Assembly: GCA_009859145.1 (NCBI GenBank)
Contig: VRVR01000060.1
Coordinates: forward strand, 62,001-126,000
Direction of reading: 5' to 3'
DNA from: Andalucia godoyi And28
Lineage: Eukaryota > Protista > Jakobida
DNA: 64,000 nt
Shown: positions 60,286 through 64,000 of the stretch, piece after piece
How the letters are laid out: the number at the start of each line of letters is the position of its first letter
Numbering within the stretch: position 1 is the stretch's first letter
Program-made: the position numbers and the translations under genes
Notes under the pieces: generated by a model
Seen by the model: the letters and a program-made list of their open reading frames with translations, nothing else
Told to the model about the DNA's origin: nothing
The model's database searches: none

Positions 60286-61368
60286 TCAAGTACATGCCGT
60301 GTACTTCAGCAAGGAGACGCAATCCTCCTTTGTTAAAGATCTGCATTCTTTGTCGGACAATCCCAGTGAAAGGGATCGCTGGAACACCATGGCGCGCAAG
60401 ACGGCGAGCGGTTTTTCGTCCAACGCTTCCGTGTTTGCGTCTGCTGCTTGACTCGTCTCCTCCTTCTCTGGCTCTTCGTCACACTCGTCCAACTCTTCGT
60501 CTTGCGGTGCCTCCGTTTTTGCTCTGCCGCACTCGCGAGCAACATCGGCTCCCATCTCTCGTTGGCAGATGACTCGAATCGTACCCGACTGCCATCGCTT
60601 TGCTCCGCCTGGTGCTTTCGGAGGCCCCAGATCGCTCATGTACTCCAAGCCCTCTGCAATCGCGGCGTAGGACATGGACGAGCGTCGCATTTCGAGTATC
60701 CGCTCCACCACAGGCCAGATTTCCGGATCCTTGACGAACGTGTGTGTTGTCTTATCGACTTTGTATCCGTACGGCGGACGATGGTACACGAGGCCTTTGC
60801 TTTTCGCGTGTGCCATCCCGTTTTTGACACGCTGTCGCAAGTGTTCTCGTTCGGTCTGCGCCCACGAGGCGTTCATTGTCAAGAATGTCGCCGAGCCCGG
60901 CTGCAGCGTGTCAAGCCCCGTTCGCAGTTCGATGAACCGGCACTGTGCTTTTGTGATCTGGTCCATCAAGCGAACGGCAATGGGAATGCTTCTTGCCAAT
61001 CGACTCACCTCCGAGACGATCACGACGTACCCTGGACGAAGGTGATGCAGCAGCCTGGCAAGTCCTGGTCTTTTGGTTTCGTCCTGTGCTCCGGAGATTC
61101 CGTCGTCGCGAAACACGAAGCGAACGCGCAGGTGCAGGTGCTCTGTAGCATAGCGACGAATCGCTGCTTCCTGGATGTCGCAACTGTGCTCCTGGAGCGT
61201 CGTCGAAGCACGGACGTACCCAAAAACGGCTGTCCACTTTTCGACGTTGCACAGGTCCACATCGTGTGTCTTTGGTGCGGACCGAATTGCTCGATGCAAG
61301 ATGCAGTCGGGAAGCATGGCCTTCCATTGTGCTTGGTCTTGCGGCGTTGCTTGGTGCGGATTTGTCAT
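60286..61368 (-). CDS. Serine recombinase (IR copy of 20243-21325)
   Basis: Identical translation to the left-arm copy. Confidence 0.93.
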   Translation of the reverse strand: MTNPHQATPQDQAQWKAMLPDCILHRAIRSAPKTHDVDLCNVEKWTAVFGYVRASTTLQEHSCDIQEAAIRRYATEHLHLRVRFVFRDDGISGAQDETKRPGLARLLHHLRPGYVVIVSEVSRLARSIPIAVRLMDQITKAQCRFIELRTGLDTLQPGSATFLTMNASWAQTEREHLRQRVKNGMAHAKSKGLVYHRPPYGYKVDKTTHTFVKDPEIWPVVERILEMRRSSMSYAAIAEGLEYMSDLGPPKAPGGAKRWQSGTIRVICQREMGADVARECGRAKTEAPQDEELDECDEEPEKEETSQAADANTEALDEKPLAVLRAMVFQRSLSLGLSDKECRSLTKEDCVSLLKYTACT

Positions 61369-61869
61369 TGAAGTTTATTTTGTTTATGTGCCCTTTGTTG
61401 CTTCCACGCTTCTAGAGTTGCGCGTCGTCGCAGAAGCGCCAGGCGTTTTTCGTGCTGGATTTGAAGACGCGCCCGTTCCTGCAGAATTGTAAAATTACAA
61501 AAGGTCGATCATGGCCGCCAAGGGTAGGACCTCCTTTGTAGGTGGTATGGCAAGGATCTCTGAAAACTTGCGTTTTCAACAATGTGCGAACGATGATTTG
61601 GTCCTGTTGCGACGCAGAGACTCCAAGAAGGTTCCTCGGACCCACGGCGGATCCCTAAAGACGACCGCGGTTTCGGTGTTTTGGTCAAGCCAACTTGCGG
61701 ATTTCCGCTTGCAAACGCGGATGCGCATCCGATGATCCAAGCCGTGGAAATAAGAAGCTCCGCAGGGCGCATCCGTTGATTCCAGACCGAAAAGTTAGAT
61801 TCAAAAATTTTAAAAAAACTCACACGGATTATATTGGTGACGCACAAAACGATTACTGCAAAAAAACAA

Positions 61870-62115
61870 ATGGAATCCATCAACGATCAGCAATTGCTCC
61901 AGAAAGTCCAGCAATTCATCAGCACTCTAGACAGCAGTAAGTCGATTATAGGCCTCAAAAATGCTGAAATCATGGCTTTCTGCTACGGAACATCCACGGT
62001 GTCACGAGAGGAAAGGAAAGCAGTGCGTGCAATACTGAAACAGTTGGGATTTGCAAAACTCCAATTCTGCAACAAGAATTACGAAGTAACTAAATATTGG
62101 TGGAAGGACAAATAA
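61870..62115 (+). CDS. Small winged-helix-like protein (IR copy of 19496-19741)
   Basis: Identical translation to the left-arm copy. Confidence 0.6.
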   Translation: MESINDQQLLQKVQQFISTLDSSKSIIGLKNAEIMAFCYGTSTVSREERKAVRAILKQLGFAKLQFCNKNYEVTKYWWKDK

Positions 62116-64000
62116 AGAACGAGTTTGAATGTCAAAGCAGCACAATGTTGAATTGGGATCTGGCAAGCGAACAGCGCGCAACTGGAAACAGCACAACAAC
62201 AGCGACGGGTCGGTCAGTGTATCGAAGCTGTTGAATCTCGCAGTTTTCAGAACAGTCAGAAGAAAAGCATGCGAAGATTGTGTCGTGCACTCGCACTCGC
62301 GGTCGCACTCGCGCTCGCGGTCGTCGTCGTCGAAATGCTTGTCAAAAGTTTGGCGTCCAACATCGGTCCTGCGCTCGCACATGCTTCGTAAAATAGTTGT
62401 GCATGCTTTCCCAACGACTTCGAGAAAGGAGAAGTAAAGAGCTGGAAAATCCTTGTGGACGTTGAAGAATCACTTTAATCTTGCGCTGTTTGGACTCGAT
62501 TCGTTCGTCCAATTACTGTTGAAACCCGAAAATCCAAGCTTGTAATCGCTTTAATTACAATGTTTAATTTCACTGCAACCTGCAGGAAACGCCGAATGTT
62601 CGTCGACCACTCTCCAAGAAAGCATTCTTGTTCATTGTTCTGTCCATTCGCATTGTGCATTATCAATGCAACTCCAAAATTGGGAGCACTGATATATTTC
62701 TTCTTGAAATCGCAGTCAGGTTAACAGAAGAAGAAAGTTCTTGCAGACTTGCATCCTTTTTGCAACTTGGAATTGTGCCTCGCGCAGCATCTTTTGAAAT
62801 CCAGCGAACTTGTTTGAACAATGTGCGCGATGTGGCTGACGGTGGGACCGCACATGGTCGGTTATCACAGCTTTGCGTCTTCGCGGTTCGTCTTCATTGG
62901 GAAACGAACGGTGTCGAATTGTCGCCGTCCGGCTTTTACAAACCAACGTTTGGACGATGATGGACGGTGTGGGAAAAAGGAAATGTTGTGGTGTCGACAT
63001 TTCGGCATGCACGCACGCACTTGTATGATTTGGACGCCGCCGCATGGACGTCCAGTGTCGTTTGCAGTATTGATCTTGGAGTTCCCTCTGCGCTTCGCCG
63101 CTGCTGTTGGTTTTGCCGCTTGTGCTCGCAGTTCTTATTGCGGGCGGCACGTCGCGACCGAGCATTACTGAATAGCCGAAGTGTTTTTAATGCCGAAAAA
63201 ATGTGGCCGAAACACAACGGGTGGTTTGGTCCGCGGTGTATCGCGTTATTTCTGGGTTTAAGATTCGGCCTGTCCCTCGATTTCCTTGCGCCTACTGCCT
63301 GCAAGCAATCGGAAAAGCAACATTGATGCAGAAGCCTTTGGCTGCTTCTTGAAGTACAACTCGATGGCGATATCAACACCATTGTTTCTGCTGCCCAACA
63401 AACATTCAAAACGATCTTCCGAGGGCTTGGGCTGGGATGCTTGCACCAGTCGTGCTGAAGCAGCATGCCAGCGAATCAATCTCGCTAATCTACAAAACAA
63501 AATGAAAAATGTTTTCAAAAATGATTCCAGCATCTCTCAGAAGATTTTCAAAATCTGCAGACGTAAGTCATTTGCCAGCTGCGCTGCAAGAAATTCAGGA
63601 AGAAACCGGCCGCAGTCCCCACTTCACCACTTTTCCTTTTGGCTGCGCGATTCACGACCAACTGAACAAGAGGAACAGCAGTCTCTTAACTTCCAAAAAT
63701 CATTGAACACAACGTCGAGATGGGAAGAAAGGCAAAGAAGTCATCCACTATCCGCTGTACCGTGCGGATTGAGCGCTTGCCAAAACACTGGAACGGACAA
63801 GTCAGCAGATCAAGTGACGCTAGAACTACCAAACTTCTTTTTGGGCAGAGAAAATCCAAATCAGTTCGCAAGCTCCTGTTGTCCGTAAACTTTCTGGTAG
63901 ATCGAGCTTACTGCGAATGAACTGTTCGTCTCGGGCTATCTCCATCTATGCGTGCGACAATCGACATAAGGAAGTATTCTCGGAAAAGTTCAGCATCGAA

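Larger units (their letters stand above)
6514..64000. mobile_element. Putative large palindromic, serine-recombinase-encoding element with replication-like genes and defence cargo; boundaries uncertain
   Basis: Co-occurrence of long IR arms, intact recombinase, D5-like genes, repeat array and cargo. No capsid, DNA polymerase, DDE integrase, terminal signature or target-site duplication identified. Confidence 0.45.
55766..64000. repeat. Right arm of large inverted repeat, runs off the window
   Basis: Reverse complement of 17611-25845. Confidence 0.97.

Noticed and set aside
7442-64000. Polinton/Maverick, virophage or complete giant-virus insertion
   Set aside because: No protein-primed or family B polymerase, retroviral-type integrase, packaging ATPase or capsid gene was recognised. 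Viral ancestry of the D5-like genes remains possible.
1-64000. Bacterial genomic island or prophage
   Set aside because: No operon structure or Shine-Dalgarno pattern; signal-peptide EGF protein, TLDc-GTPase, myristoylation motif and pyrimidine-rich leaders point to eukaryotic expression.

Overview
Intron-poor, roughly 50% GC, eukaryote-like DNA (probably a protist genome or an endogenous virus-like element); no rRNA, tRNA or CRISPR array seen. The main structure is a large inverted repeat: position x pairs with 81611-x, giving arms 17611-25845 and 55766-64000, with identity running off the right edge of the window. Each arm carries an apparently intact serine recombinase, a stand-alone recombinase DNA-binding-domain gene, a small winged-helix-like gene and the kinase half of a WD40-coiled coil-kinase gene. 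The 29.9 kb between the arms is dense in immunity/signalling-type genes: four near-identical-repeat WD40-kinases that all point away from the centre and are hypervariable at surface positions, a divergent fifth WD40-kinase, a TLDc-GTPase (IFI44-like), an OLD-type ABC-ATPase/TOPRIM nuclease plus an internally deleted mirror copy, an ankyrin-ClpB-type AAA+, an ankyrin-kinase, and vWA and coiled-coil proteins. Left of the visible arm lie two long D5-like primase-helicase genes with degenerate catalytic motifs, two Ada-like Zn-repeat genes, a nested tandem-repeat array, a decayed Ulp1-like gene and a truncated secreted propeller/EGF gene that the ORF track omits. Working hypothesis (inference): a large serine-recombinase-encoding, palindromic mobile element or invertible locus that carries and shuffles a eukaryotic defence cargo. 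Domain calls come from motifs read by eye; no database search was run, and arm identity was checked through matching ORF translations and spot checks rather than base by base.
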